64,000 nt of DNA from Terriglobia bacterium (GTDB lineage Bacteria; Acidobacteriota; Terriglobia; 20CM-2-55-15), in contig CBDAOY010000009.1 in NCBI GenBank assembly GCA_965198225.1, positions 576,001 to 640,000 of the forward strand. Reading direction: 5' to 3'. Below the pieces are notes generated by a model. That model saw only the letters and a list, made by a program, of their open reading frames with translations. It was not told the DNA's origin and did no database searches. Position 1 is the first letter of the stretch, and every line of letters begins with the position of its first letter. Position numbers and translations under genes: made by a program. Positions 43,108 to 53,244 of the stretch are shown here, in pieces.

Positions 43108-44712
43108 ATGCAGATCGAGATCGATGAATTCCTGAGACAGCATGAGCAGACGACCGAGCCGCTGTCGAGCGACTACGCTCGTCGATTCTGGGACATGTCT
43201 ATCAACGGGACCGAAGAAAACGCCAAGGCGCTGGCCGAATCGAAGGAGAGATACCTCAAGGTCTTCAGCAATCGCGCCGATTTTCGCAGACTCAACGCCT
43301 GGCGCGAGGCGATCAGCAAAGGCGCACTCGTCGACCCCCTGACCGAACGCCAGATCGACCTGCTTCACGATAGTTACGTGCCTTACCAGATGGACGAGTC
43401 GGTCCTTTCCGACATCGGTGGCCGCGAAACGGCAATCGAGAATGTGTTCAACACGTTTCGCCCTGATTTCGAAGGCGCGCCGGTGACCGACAACCAGTTG
43501 AGGGACGTGTTACGCGAAGAGACGGACCCCGAGCGTCGGCGCTCGGCGTGGGAGGCTTCGAAGCAAGTCGGCGGAGCCGTTGCCGAGGATCTCATCGACC
43601 TCGTCAGGATCCGCAACCGTGAGGCACGGAAGCTCGGCTACCGCGACTTCTACGGGATGCACCTCCAGCTTCAGGAGCTCGATGAGACGTGGCTCTTCGA
43701 GCTGTTCGACCGGCTGGAGGCTGTCTCCGAGGCCGCCTATGTTGCGGTAAAAGACGGCCTGGACCGAAGCCTGAAGCAACGATCGGCGATCTCAGGACCC
43801 GCGGCCCACCCGTGGCTGTACGGCGATCCGTTCTTCCAGGAACTCCCTGCTACCGGGATCACGCAAACATTGGACGCGATCTTCAAGCATCGCGACATCG
43901 AGCAGCTGACGAGTGAGCATTTTCGCAGTATCGGTCTCGAAGTCGATGATCTGATCGAGCGGGCGGACCTCTACGAACGTGAAGGGAAGTCGCAGCATGC
44001 TTTCTGTCTCGACGTGGATCGCGGCGGGGACGTGCGGGTACTCTGCAACATTCGTTCCGACGAGCGGTGGATGAGCACGATGCTCCATGAGTTTGGCCAC
44101 GCCGTCTACGACAAGTACAACGATCCTGCGCTTCCGTTCGTGCTGCGTGAGCCGGCGCACACCCTGACGACCGAAGCCATCGCGATGCTGAACGGGCGTA
44201 TGACGAAAACACCTTCCTGGCTCGTGCGGCTCGCCGGCCTCGCCCCCGAGCGGGCTGACGCCATCGGCGACGAAGTGTTCGCCGGAATTCGCGCCTCGAT
44301 GCTGATATTTGTGCGATGGGCGCTGACGCTCGTCCGTTTTGAGCGAGAGCTCTACCGGGATCCCGATCAGGCCCTGAATCCCCTCTGGTGGGACCACGTC
44401 GAGCGGATCCAGAAGGTGACGCCGCCTCCAGATCGCGATCGTCCCGACTGGGCTTCCAAGATTCACTTGGCGAGTTCACCGGTGTACTACCAGAACTACG
44501 TTCTGGGTGAGTTGATGGCGTCCCAGTTGCTGTCCTACATCGAGCGGGAGATCGTGGATGACGGAATATTCGCGGGCGATGCGGCCGGAAACTACCTGGC
44601 GGAAAACATATTTAAACCCGGATCGAGATGGAACTGGAACACGATGCTGGAACATGCGACCGGAGAGCCGCTGAATCCGGAACATTTCATCCGTCAGTTC
44701 GAGATCGCGTAG
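43108..44712 (+). CDS. M2/M3-family zinc peptidase (peptidyl-dipeptidase A-like)
   Basis: HEFGH, downstream TEAIA, KIH..SSPVYYQNY. Confidence 0.88.
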   Translation: MQIEIDEFLRQHEQTTEPLSSDYARRFWDMSINGTEENAKALAESKERYLKVFSNRADFRRLNAWREAISKGALVDPLTERQIDLLHDSYVPYQMDESVLSDIGGRETAIENVFNTFRPDFEGAPVTDNQLRDVLREETDPERRRSAWEASKQVGGAVAEDLIDLVRIRNREARKLGYRDFYGMHLQLQELDETWLFELFDRLEAVSEAAYVAVKDGLDRSLKQRSAISGPAAHPWLYGDPFFQELPATGITQTLDAIFKHRDIEQLTSEHFRSIGLEVDDLIERADLYEREGKSQHAFCLDVDRGGDVRVLCNIRSDERWMSTMLHEFGHAVYDKYNDPALPFVLREPAHTLTTEAIAMLNGRMTKTPSWLVRLAGLAPERADAIGDEVFAGIRASMLIFVRWALTLVRFERELYRDPDQALNPLWWDHVERIQKVTPPPDRDRPDWASKIHLASSPVYYQNYVLGELMASQLLSYIEREIVDDGIFAGDAAGNYLAENIFKPGSRWNWNTMLEHATGEPLNPEHFIRQFEIA

Positions 44713-44980
44713 ACGTTGATCCTTAAGTTGAAGGTCCTTGCTCTCAGATTCCCAGGATCAGGAGTTCTCAGCGATCAGCTTTCAGCCAAGAGACCAGGCA
44801 GCATTTTGCCAAAAGGGTCCCTGCCCTTTTACGCCGCGCTCCAGCTTTCTTCGACGAGATCAATCGGACAGAGCGAGGATGGAAACCGAAGCCAACTGAG
44901 ATTGGCCTGAAGGACCTCCGGTAACTATAGTCTTTGTCCGGCACCGAACGCCGCTAGCTGACTGCTTGGGCTGCGCACAC

Positions 44981-45013
44981 AAAAGAGGGGCGGCCACAGG
45001 ACCGCCCCTTTTT
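44981..45013. terminator. Bidirectional terminator
   Basis: AAAAG-AGGGGCGG...CCGCCCCT-TTTT. Confidence 0.75.
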
Positions 45014-45038
45014 GGGGATGGATTCTGCTTCTGTAGAA

Positions 45039-45551
45039 CTAGCCGCTGATGCTTCGGGCGTAGCTCAGGATGTTGCGGGCCGCTGCCAGGGTGCTCTCGA
45101 CGTATTGCATCCACTGCTCCTGGCTGTATTGCGGCGGCGGCGCCTGGTCTGCGAGACCTTCGGCCGCGGCGACCGCTCTTTCCCCGTACTGGACGGCCTT
45201 GGGAAGTTGCCGGCGCCCGACGGCGAGCGTTCTGGAAACGGTCATCAGAGCGCTAATGTTGTCGTCATCTCTTTCGATGGCCTTCTCGCCGAACTCGATG
45301 ACTTTCCCGGTCTCGTTCCTCTGTCCGTAGATTTCCATCAACATCACGTATATGTCGACGACAACGTCAGATTCGGAAAACTGCTGTTCGAACTCCAAAC
45401 AGAGTCTTTCCTTTTCCTCAGGGTCCCCTGCGGCGGTGATCTGCTGGTACAGCCGGTCTTCCGGGCTGCCGGCCACCAACTGCGCCGATGCGTGCGTTGC
45501 GCTCGCCAAGAGCAAGACAACACAACCAATTAGCACGATGTTTCGCTTCAT
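45039..45551 (-). CDS. Secreted TPR-like hypothetical protein
   Basis: Signal peptide, helical repeats, AGAGGAG RBS. Confidence 0.7.
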   Translation of the reverse strand: MKRNIVLIGCVVLLLASATHASAQLVAGSPEDRLYQQITAAGDPEEKERLCLEFEQQFSESDVVVDIYVMLMEIYGQRNETGKVIEFGEKAIERDDDNISALMTVSRTLAVGRRQLPKAVQYGERAVAAAEGLADQAPPPQYSQEQWMQYVESTLAAARNILSYARSISG

Positions 45552-45771
45552 TTCTCGTACTCCTCTGTTCGCTGTCGCAAATTTATCAGAATTTGGGGCG
45601 AGTGGTCACTTTTTTTAGGACCTGGCACAGAAACAGGCCTCCGGCAACTCCCCCCTACAACCGGTTGACCTCATAGCTGCGGAAGAGTACCTTTATGCGA
45701 TCCCATCGAGAATGACGGGGTTTCGTCACCTGAGGAGGCCCCTTTTGCAGTCCACATCCGAGGAGTATCGA

Positions 45772-46401
45772 ATGGCGGATAAGAAAGACGAGAACACCCC
45801 GAAACTGAAGGCGGGCCTGTCCCGACGCGGTTTCCTGAAGGTGACCGGCGCCGGTGCGATCACGACCGGCCTGGTTCCTCCCCTGCTGGAGGGGTTTCCG
45901 CAGCAGGCGGCCGTGGCCGGTCCGGGCACTGTGTCCATCCGGTTGAACATCAACGGCCGGACGCGTTCGCTCGAAGTCGAACCACGCGTGACACTGCTCG
46001 ACGCGTTGAGAAACCGGCTGGCCCTGACCGGAGCCAAGAAAGTCTGCGATCGGGCGTCCTGCGGTGCCTGCACCGTCATCATGGATGGTCAGGCCGTCTA
46101 TGCCTGCTCGGTCCTTGCGATCGAAGCCCAGGGGCACCGGATCGAGACCGTGGAGTCTCTGGCCAGCGGAGGCCGACTGCATCCTGTTCAGGAAGCCTTC
46201 GTCGAAAACGACGCGCAGCAATGCGGCTTCTGCACGCCCGGCTTTGTCGTGGCGAGCAAGGCCCTGCTGGACCGGAATCCGAACCCGACCCGGGAGGAAG
46301 TGCTGCGGGGTTTGAGCGGCAACCTGTGTCGCTGCGGAACCTATGTCGGCGTCGCCCAGGCGGTGCTGGAAGCTGCACCGGGAGGAGGGACAAATGGCTA
46401 G
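45772..46401 (+). CDS. Xanthine dehydrogenase-family 2x[2Fe-2S] subunit with Tat signal (YagT/PaoA-like)
   Basis: SRRGFLK, CDRASCGACTV, QCGFCTPG, GNLCRCG. Confidence 0.93.
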   Translation: MADKKDENTPKLKAGLSRRGFLKVTGAGAITTGLVPPLLEGFPQQAAVAGPGTVSIRLNINGRTRSLEVEPRVTLLDALRNRLALTGAKKVCDRASCGACTVIMDGQAVYACSVLAIEAQGHRIETVESLASGGRLHPVQEAFVENDAQQCGFCTPGFVVASKALLDRNPNPTREEVLRGLSGNLCRCGTYVGVAQAVLEAAPGGGTNG

Positions 46402-48538
46402 CACCAAATGGCCCCTGAGGTCTGATTTCAGACAGATCGGACGCAGGACCCAGCGACTGGACGGCCCGGCCAAAGTGACCGGCCTTGCCAAGTACGCCTA
46501 CGACATCAACCGCCGGGGGATGCTGATCGGGAAGATCGTCTCCTGCCCGCACGCACACGCCAGAGTGGTGAGTATCGACACCTCGGCGGCTGAAGCCATG
46601 CCCGGTGTTCGGGCCGTGCTCGTCATGACCGAGCCCGGGAACGAGGTGCAGTGGGAAGGCGCCGAAATCGTATCCGTTGCCGCCGACACCGAGGAGCAGG
46701 CGATGGAGGCGGTCCGGGCGGTCCAGGTGGAGTACGAGGTGCTCGATCACCTGGTCGATGTCGAAGACTTCGACAGCGTTCCCGACGACCGGAAGATGGA
46801 ACCCAGGGAACGAGCCGAGGGTGATGTGGACACCGCGATGTCGGCCGCCGCTCATGCCGTCGAGAACCAGTATGGTCTGGCCATCGTCACCCATTGCTGC
46901 CTGGAACCGCACGGGCAGGTGGCGGAGTGGACGGCGGACGATGCGATCAGCTACTGGCCTTCGACGCAGAACGTGTCCGGCTACTCCGGACAGGTGGCGT
47001 CCTCGTTCAACATCCCGGCGGCCAATGTAAGTGTTAGTTGCCAGTACATCGGCGGCGGGTTCGGTTCCAAGTTCGGAGTCGATCGATGGGGTATCGAGGC
47101 GGGTCGGCTCGCCAAGGAAACGGGTCGTCCGGTCAAGATGATGCTCGAGCGGAGCCAGGAACTGATGATGGCCGGCATGCGTCCCTCCGCCTTTGCGAGG
47201 GTTCGCATCGGATGCGATTCCGAGGGTGTGCTGACGGCCTTCGAATCCATGGCATGGGGGACATCGGGTGTCCAGGCGAGCCCGAACCCTCCGATGCCCT
47301 ACATCTTTACCAGCATTCCGAACACGAAGACTTCGGTGGTGGGTGTCCGTGCCAACACGGGCCCGGCCCGCGCGTGGCGCGCCCCCAACCATCCGCAGGC
47401 CGCGCTTCTGACGATGTCGGCCGTCGAAGATCTGGCGTCGGAGATGGGGGTGGATCCGTTGGACTTCTTCATGCGGAACCTGCACCTGACGCCGCTGGAG
47501 GACGTCTACCGCGAAGAGTTGGAGATCGCCGCGGAGATGATCGACTACAGGGGCAAGTCCCATCCTCGTGGAGAAAGCGGTCCAGGCCCGGTGAAGAAGG
47601 GTCTCGGGACATCGATTCACACCTGGCGCGGATCGGGTCATCAGAGCCGATGCCAGTGCGATGTACACAGTGACGGTTCCGTCGAGATCCGAATCGGCAC
47701 GCAGGACCTGGGTACCGGCACTCGGACGATCATAGCGATCGTCGCGGGTGAGACTCTAGGCTTGCCGATCGACAACATCGGTGTTCGGATCGGCGAGAAC
47801 TCATACCCACAATCGGGTGCGTCGGGCGGCAGCACAACCGTTGGGGGTGTGAGTTCGTCCACACGCCGCGCGACGACGGCCGCCCTCAACGAGCTCTTTG
47901 CCATCGTGGCGCCGATCCTCGAGACACCCGCTGACGACTTGGAGGCCGTCGACGGTCGGATCCAGTCGCGGACGAACAGATCTCGAAGCTTGAGTTGGAC
48001 CGAAGCGACCTCCAAGATCGGCCCGACGCCGATTTCGGTGACCGCCACTCGAGACGAGCCAGGCGACGAGGATCGGCTCTACGACGGCGGCGTCGGCGGG
48101 GTTCAGATGGCCGAAGTAAGCGTCGACGTCGAGACCGGGATCATCCGTGTAGAAAACATGGTTGCGGTCCAGGACTGCGGGCTGGTCATGGACGTGATGA
48201 CGGCTGAGAGCCAGGTTTACGGCGCGATGATCATGGGAATCTGCGGCGCCCTCTACGAAGAGAAGATCGCCGACTCCCAGACAGGCCGTTTGCTGAATCC
48301 CAACATGGAGACCTACAAGTTAGCCGGGATCGGGGATATCGGTCGGCTGCAAGTTCACATGATGACCGGGCCCGGTTACGACGAACGTGGCCCGGTCGGA
48401 TTGGGAGAGCCGCCGGCGAACTCACCGATCGCCGCCGTCGGGAATGCCGTCGCCAACGCTATCGGCGTTCGTGTGCAATTCGCACCCTTCACACCAGATC
48501 GGGTTCTCGGGGCCCTGGATAGAGGAGGTCGCGCATGA
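46394..48538 (+). CDS. Xanthine dehydrogenase-family molybdopterin-binding subunit
   Basis: DGPAKVTG, GGGFGSK, WRAP, QDLGTG, GLGEP. Confidence 0.93.
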   Translation: MASTKWPLRSDFRQIGRRTQRLDGPAKVTGLAKYAYDINRRGMLIGKIVSCPHAHARVVSIDTSAAEAMPGVRAVLVMTEPGNEVQWEGAEIVSVAADTEEQAMEAVRAVQVEYEVLDHLVDVEDFDSVPDDRKMEPRERAEGDVDTAMSAAAHAVENQYGLAIVTHCCLEPHGQVAEWTADDAISYWPSTQNVSGYSGQVASSFNIPAANVSVSCQYIGGGFGSKFGVDRWGIEAGRLAKETGRPVKMMLERSQELMMAGMRPSAFARVRIGCDSEGVLTAFESMAWGTSGVQASPNPPMPYIFTSIPNTKTSVVGVRANTGPARAWRAPNHPQAALLTMSAVEDLASEMGVDPLDFFMRNLHLTPLEDVYREELEIAAEMIDYRGKSHPRGESGPGPVKKGLGTSIHTWRGSGHQSRCQCDVHSDGSVEIRIGTQDLGTGTRTIIAIVAGETLGLPIDNIGVRIGENSYPQSGASGGSTTVGGVSSSTRRATTAALNELFAIVAPILETPADDLEAVDGRIQSRTNRSRSLSWTEATSKIGPTPISVTATRDEPGDEDRLYDGGVGGVQMAEVSVDVETGIIRVENMVAVQDCGLVMDVMTAESQVYGAMIMGICGALYEEKIADSQTGRLLNPNMETYKLAGIGDIGRLQVHMMTGPGYDERGPVGLGEPPANSPIAAVGNAVANAIGVRVQFAPFTPDRVLGALDRGGRA

Positions 48539-49509
48539 AACCTTTTGAATATGCGAATCCGACGACTCTCAAGGATGCGGTGGATCTACTGAGTGGGGAC
48601 TGGGGGGAGACGGCGATCCTGGCCGGCGGGACCGACCTGCTCGCCTTGATGAAGGACGAGTTGGAGACCCCCTCTCGCGTGGTCGACGTCAAAGGCATTG
48701 CCGAACTGGGTGGCATCAAGCACTCGTCGGACGGGTTGATGCTCGGCGCCACCGCGAAGATGGACCACCTGGCCACCGAAGACGGCGTAGCTCGGAGGTA
48801 TCGGGCGTTGCACGACGCCGCGGTCGGAATCACGAGTCCCCAGATCCGAAACCGGCGCACTATCGCCGGCGACCTATGCCAGCGCCCGCGGTGCTGGTTT
48901 TACCGTCTGGGCTACGGTCTGCTTGCGATGGAGAACGGGCAATCGCTGGTTCCGGGCGGAGACAATCGCTACCACGCGATTTTCGGCAACGATGGACCAG
49001 CGTATTTTGTGAGCCCGTCAAGCCTTGGCCCTGCACTTGTCGCGCTCGCCGCCGAGGTCGGCATCCTCGGGCCGGATGGAATACGTGACGTGCCGGCCGC
49101 GGATTTCTTCGTCACTCCGGGGTCGGTCGACGAGCGGGAGAACGTTCTCCAGGCCAACGAGATAGTGGCCGAGGTTCGGGTGCCCAACGCTCCAGCAACG
49201 AACGCGACATACGAGGTCCGCCAGAAGCTGCAACTGGATTCCCCCATGGCGACCGCGTCCGTCGTGCTCGACATCGTGGACGGGACGGTCAGCTCCGCCA
49301 GAGTCGTTCTCGGGCACGTCGCACCGACCCCGTGGCGATCGGAGGCGGCCGAGCAGGCGATTACCGGGCAGGCGGTGACGGAAGAAACGGCCGCGGCTGC
49401 CGGTGATGCCGCAGCCGCCGGTGCGACCCCGATGTCGCGGAACGGATACAAGGTGCAGTTGACCAGAGTCGCCGTTAAGCGCGCCATTCTGGCCGCGGCC
49501 AGAGGCTGA
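48535..49509 (+). CDS. Xanthine dehydrogenase-family FAD subunit (YagS/PaoB-like)
   Basis: AGGTDLL, PQIRN, CQRPRCWFYR, VAPTPWR. Confidence 0.92.
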   Translation: MKPFEYANPTTLKDAVDLLSGDWGETAILAGGTDLLALMKDELETPSRVVDVKGIAELGGIKHSSDGLMLGATAKMDHLATEDGVARRYRALHDAAVGITSPQIRNRRTIAGDLCQRPRCWFYRLGYGLLAMENGQSLVPGGDNRYHAIFGNDGPAYFVSPSSLGPALVALAAEVGILGPDGIRDVPAADFFVTPGSVDERENVLQANEIVAEVRVPNAPATNATYEVRQKLQLDSPMATASVVLDIVDGTVSSARVVLGHVAPTPWRSEAAEQAITGQAVTEETAAAAGDAAAAGATPMSRNGYKVQLTRVAVKRAILAAARG

Positions 49510-49599
49510 AGAAGTAGTCAGTAGTCAGTAGCCAGTAGTCGGTTGAAGACACCTGACCTGGCAGTTTCTCCTATCCGAAACTGACTACTGGCTACAGAC

Positions 49600-50918
49600 C
49601 AGTAGTGTCCGACAGATTTAGGACCTCCCGGTCCTAAAGTTAGAACTGACGCGATGTAGCGCGCTTGTCAAGGTGTTAACGATTTGATTTCTGTGCGGCC
49701 TTCGCGGCAGCCTTTCCAGAGGTTTCTGGGAGGCACCGATGTACGCTGGCAAGCTGGTCTTCGCACAAGTCATGGAGTTCGCGCCGTGGTATACGTTCCG
49801 TCGTCTGGTGACCAAGTACCGCGGCAATTTCAACGTCCGCACATTCAGTTGCCTGGACCAGTTCCTATGCATGGCCTTCGCTCAGCTGACCTATCGGGAG
49901 AGCCTGCGCGACATTCAAGCCTGCTTGCGAGCCCAACCCGCCAAGCTCTACCACCTGGGGTTGCACGGGAAGGTCAGCCGCAGTGCATTGGCCGATGCCA
50001 ACGAGTCTCGCGACTGGCGCATCTACGGAGAGTTCGCTCAGGCGCTGATCCGCATCGCACGCCGCTTGTATGCCCACGAGCCGCTCGGGATCGACCTGGA
50101 CGAAACCGTCTACGCGCTCGACTCCACGATGATCAGTCTGTGCTTGTCGCTGTTCCCTTGGGCGCACTTTCGAAAGACCGAAGCCGCGGTGAAGCTTCAT
50201 ACGCTGCTCGACCTGCGTGGCGGTATCCCCAGCTTCATCCACATCTCCGAAGGCAGGCTGCACGACGTCAACGTTCTCGACCTGCTCATCGCCGAAGCCG
50301 GTGCTTTCTACGTGATGGACCGCGGCTATCTCGACTTCGATCGCCTCTACACCTTCAATCAAGCCGGGAGCTTCTTCGTCACCCGTGCTCGATCCGACTT
50401 CGCGTTCAAGCGCATCTACTCCCAACCCGTCGACCGACACACGGGCCTCATCTGCGATCAGACTATCGAACTGACCGTATTTCGCTCCCGCCGCGGCTAC
50501 CCCGAACGGTTGCGTCGCATTCGTTATCGCGATCCCGAGGGTCGGCGACTGGTTTTCTTGACCAATCACATGACGCTCCCAGCCCGGACCATCTGCGAGT
50601 TGTATCGCCTGCGCTGGCAGGTGGAGCTGTTCTTCAAATGGATCAAACAGCACCTGCGCATCAAGCGTTTCTTCGGCACTTCCGAGAACGCCGTCAAAAC
50701 TCAGGTCTGGGTCGCCGTGAGCGTTTACGTGCTGGTGGCTATCGTGCGTAAAGAACTGAATTTGCCTTTGTCGTTGCACTCAATGTTACAGATCTTGAGT
50801 GTCACACCATTTGAGAATGTGCCTCTTTTTCAGCTGCTTACCGAATCCGGGCTCATCTCAAATCGACACTCTAACGCTAACCAATTGAATCTATTCTGAA
50901 ACGTGTCGGACACTACTG
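49600..50918 (+). mobile_element. IS4-family insertion sequence, 1319 bp
   Basis: Perfect 15-bp terminal inverted repeats CAGTAGTGTCCGACA; 9-bp target duplication GCTACAGAC (49591-99 and 50919-27). Confidence 0.95.
49739..50899 (+). CDS. IS4-family DDE transposase (DUF4372 N-terminus)
   Basis: DST, DRGY, YRLRWQVELFFKWIKQ (YREK). Confidence 0.95.
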   Translation: MYAGKLVFAQVMEFAPWYTFRRLVTKYRGNFNVRTFSCLDQFLCMAFAQLTYRESLRDIQACLRAQPAKLYHLGLHGKVSRSALADANESRDWRIYGEFAQALIRIARRLYAHEPLGIDLDETVYALDSTMISLCLSLFPWAHFRKTEAAVKLHTLLDLRGGIPSFIHISEGRLHDVNVLDLLIAEAGAFYVMDRGYLDFDRLYTFNQAGSFFVTRARSDFAFKRIYSQPVDRHTGLICDQTIELTVFRSRRGYPERLRRIRYRDPEGRRLVFLTNHMTLPARTICELYRLRWQVELFFKWIKQHLRIKRFFGTSENAVKTQVWVAVSVYVLVAIVRKELNLPLSLHSMLQILSVTPFENVPLFQLLTESGLISNRHSNANQLNLF

Positions 50919-50977
50919 GCTACAGACTACTGATTACTTGTAGAGGACAAGCCTGACGCTCTGAATATGGAGGTAGC

Positions 50978-51202
50978 ATGCCGATCCTGACAGGTTTAGC
51001 GGATCAGTATCCGAAACTGAAGAACGGTCACTGCAAGCACATTTACTCGAAGGAGATGTTCTACGAGACCGAGAGGGAGAGCGTGGACTACGCGTCGCGG
51101 ATCTACTGGTGCGGTCACACCCAGACTTGTCTGGGGCCCGACAACGTGGGCTGCGACATGGGCCACTGCAATCCTGACCGCCCTTGTTTCGAGAGCATCT
51201 GA
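50978..51202 (+). CDS. Small Cys-rich hypothetical protein
   Basis: 74 aa with 6 Cys (YWC..TQ...GPD...C...R.CF); GGAGG RBS. Confidence 0.75.
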   Translation: MPILTGLADQYPKLKNGHCKHIYSKEMFYETERESVDYASRIYWCGHTQTCLGPDNVGCDMGHCNPDRPCFESI

Positions 51203-51284
51203 CGCGGTAACATTTCGGAAGTGTTATCCAACGGTTGAGCCGACCGCGGCGCTGCGGTCGTGGATGCCGAAATAAGGTGGAACA

Positions 51285-52031
51285 ATGAAAAAGACACTGC
51301 TTGGGACGATTGTCAGCCTGTGCTGCGTTTCGGTCGCGTTCGCCGGGGGTGCCGGCGAAGGCACGATTACCGGTAGCTATGTCGAAGTGCGCAGCAACGA
51401 TGTGTTTGTCGGACTGTGCTTCTCGAATTCCGAGACGCTCGGCCTCGTGGGCAGAGAAGGCACGATGGCCTGGAAAGTCGATAGCGGTTCCTACAACGGC
51501 GTTTCTCTCGACGGACTTTCCGTTGTGGCCGTGATTCTGGCGAACTCGACGCTGGGAGAGCAGTTCTCCGATCCGTATCCGATCCGGAGCGTCCTGATTG
51601 TCGACAGCCGCGCCAGCGTTCCCCAGCGCGCCGCGCTCCGTGCCATGGCACGGACGTCGGCCGGTGACATGCTCGGTACGGTTGTCCAAGAGGAGATTGC
51701 GCCCATCCGGTTCACCAGCAACGCTGCCGCTTCGCATGGAATGCGGCATATGATCGGCTTGCCCCATTCCGACGTGCTTCCCGTGACCAGCGTGCAGGCG
51801 GGATCGTGGGTCAACATCGAAACCCGCGAACTACGCCACTCTGATGACCTTTGCGCGAACCCTGAAGTGGTTTACAACCCGTTGGCTACCGGCATGCGTC
51901 GCGCTACACCCGTGTTCACCAAACAGATGGTGTTCACCGGTTCCGGACTGGGCGCCACCTGGAGTATCCCCGGAGCGCGCAGCGGATGGGTCGCGGATTT
52001 CGAGTTGAGCTCCGCTCCGATCAGCCGCTGA
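51285..52031 (+). CDS. DUF1326-like secreted protein
   Basis: Signal peptide; GSYVEVRS.DV..G.CF.NSE; G..NGVSLDGLSV. Confidence 0.7.
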   Translation: MKKTLLGTIVSLCCVSVAFAGGAGEGTITGSYVEVRSNDVFVGLCFSNSETLGLVGREGTMAWKVDSGSYNGVSLDGLSVVAVILANSTLGEQFSDPYPIRSVLIVDSRASVPQRAALRAMARTSAGDMLGTVVQEEIAPIRFTSNAAASHGMRHMIGLPHSDVLPVTSVQAGSWVNIETRELRHSDDLCANPEVVYNPLATGMRRATPVFTKQMVFTGSGLGATWSIPGARSGWVADFELSSAPISR

Positions 52032-52112
52032 AGGTACGAAAACACAGTTTGTTGACAACGACGAGCCGCGGATGGGCCGGGTGCCTGTCCGCGGTCTCTT
52101 TTGTGGAGACGG

Positions 52113-52754
52113 ATGAAGCGATTCCTGCTGGCCTGTTGCCTTCTCATCGTGACCGCAGCGGGGGCTTCTGGCGCGGACTACACGGTCGAGGTCATTAGCG
52201 ATCCGCCACCCGCGGGGCTGTCCGACGCGATCCGAAGCGAACTCCAGGAGTCCGGCCTTCGGGTACTCGAGGACGGCGAGCCTTTCTGTGACGTCTGGTT
52301 CCGGCGGTCGCTCCCGGGCGAAGGCGCTGGCGGCGGACTGTCCCGTTCCTACCCCGATGTTCCGGACACGGTGCTTCTCGGTGCAATTCGAGTCACCGGC
52401 GACATGCGGGACAACCGCGACAACCGATTCGAGAAGGGCCTTTACACGATCCGTCACGGACTCCAGCCGCAGGACGGTAATCATGTCGGCGCCTCCGAGT
52501 ACATCGACTTCGCTCTGCTGCTCAGCGCCGAGAGGGATTCCAGCGTTGACGGAAGCTTTTCAGATTCGATGGCGATGATTTACCGGAGTCTCGATGACGG
52601 CGGCACCGGCCACCCGGTTGTCTTTGCCATGATACCCCCCGATTCTTCGAACCAACCCAGCATTACCGAGAACCGGTTTGACCGGTGGGTGTTGGAAGCC
52701 AGGATTGGCGATCGGGTTATCGCCATCGAAATCGTCGGCTACTATGAGCATTAG
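52113..52754 (+). CDS. Secreted hypothetical protein
   Basis: Signal peptide; QPQDGNHVG motif; operon position. Confidence 0.7.
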   Translation: MKRFLLACCLLIVTAAGASGADYTVEVISDPPPAGLSDAIRSELQESGLRVLEDGEPFCDVWFRRSLPGEGAGGGLSRSYPDVPDTVLLGAIRVTGDMRDNRDNRFEKGLYTIRHGLQPQDGNHVGASEYIDFALLLSAERDSSVDGSFSDSMAMIYRSLDDGGTGHPVVFAMIPPDSSNQPSITENRFDRWVLEARIGDRVIAIEIVGYYEH

Positions 52755-53178
52755 CCTTCTATTGCTCGCATTGCTGTTCGCGCCGCAGGCAGACACGATT
52801 ACCGTGCGGGGGCGGGTCCTGTGCCTGACCGAGGAAAAAGGCGCCTCCGAAACCCTCGGTGATCACCAACACGAATACGCCTTCAGGACAGACGGCGGCA
52901 AACTCCTCTCCCTCTTCAGGAGCATCACGTCCGAGGCCCTGTTCGTCGACGAACGGCTTCACGAGCGACACCTCGAAGTGACTGCCGGGCTCCGTGACGA
53001 CAAATCGATTGAAGTCTTCCAGATCCGCTCGATCGTCGACGGTCAACTCCATGACGTCCATTACTGGTGCGACACCTGCGCTATTCGAGCCAATTCGCCC
53101 GGGCCATGCTGGTGTTGCTATCAGCCGTTCGAGTTCAGGGAGACTCCCATCGGCCCGGCCGGGCCGATGGGAGAGTAG
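52744..53178 (+). CDS. Secreted protein with a C-terminal CxxC...CxCC metal-binding motif
   Basis: YWCDTC...PGPCWCC; signal peptide. Confidence 0.7.
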   Translation: MSISLLLLALLFAPQADTITVRGRVLCLTEEKGASETLGDHQHEYAFRTDGGKLLSLFRSITSEALFVDERLHERHLEVTAGLRDDKSIEVFQIRSIVDGQLHDVHYWCDTCAIRANSPGPCWCCYQPFEFRETPIGPAGPMGE

Positions 53179-53244
53179 TCAGTAGTCAGTTGCCAGTAGT
53201 CAGTTGAAGAGGTGAGAGTAGTCCGGCAACGGCCTACGTCTTCC

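Noticed and set aside
44919-44929. CGGTAACTATA resembling a 23S rRNA/I-CeuI site
   Set aside because: Only a short match with no surrounding rRNA similarity
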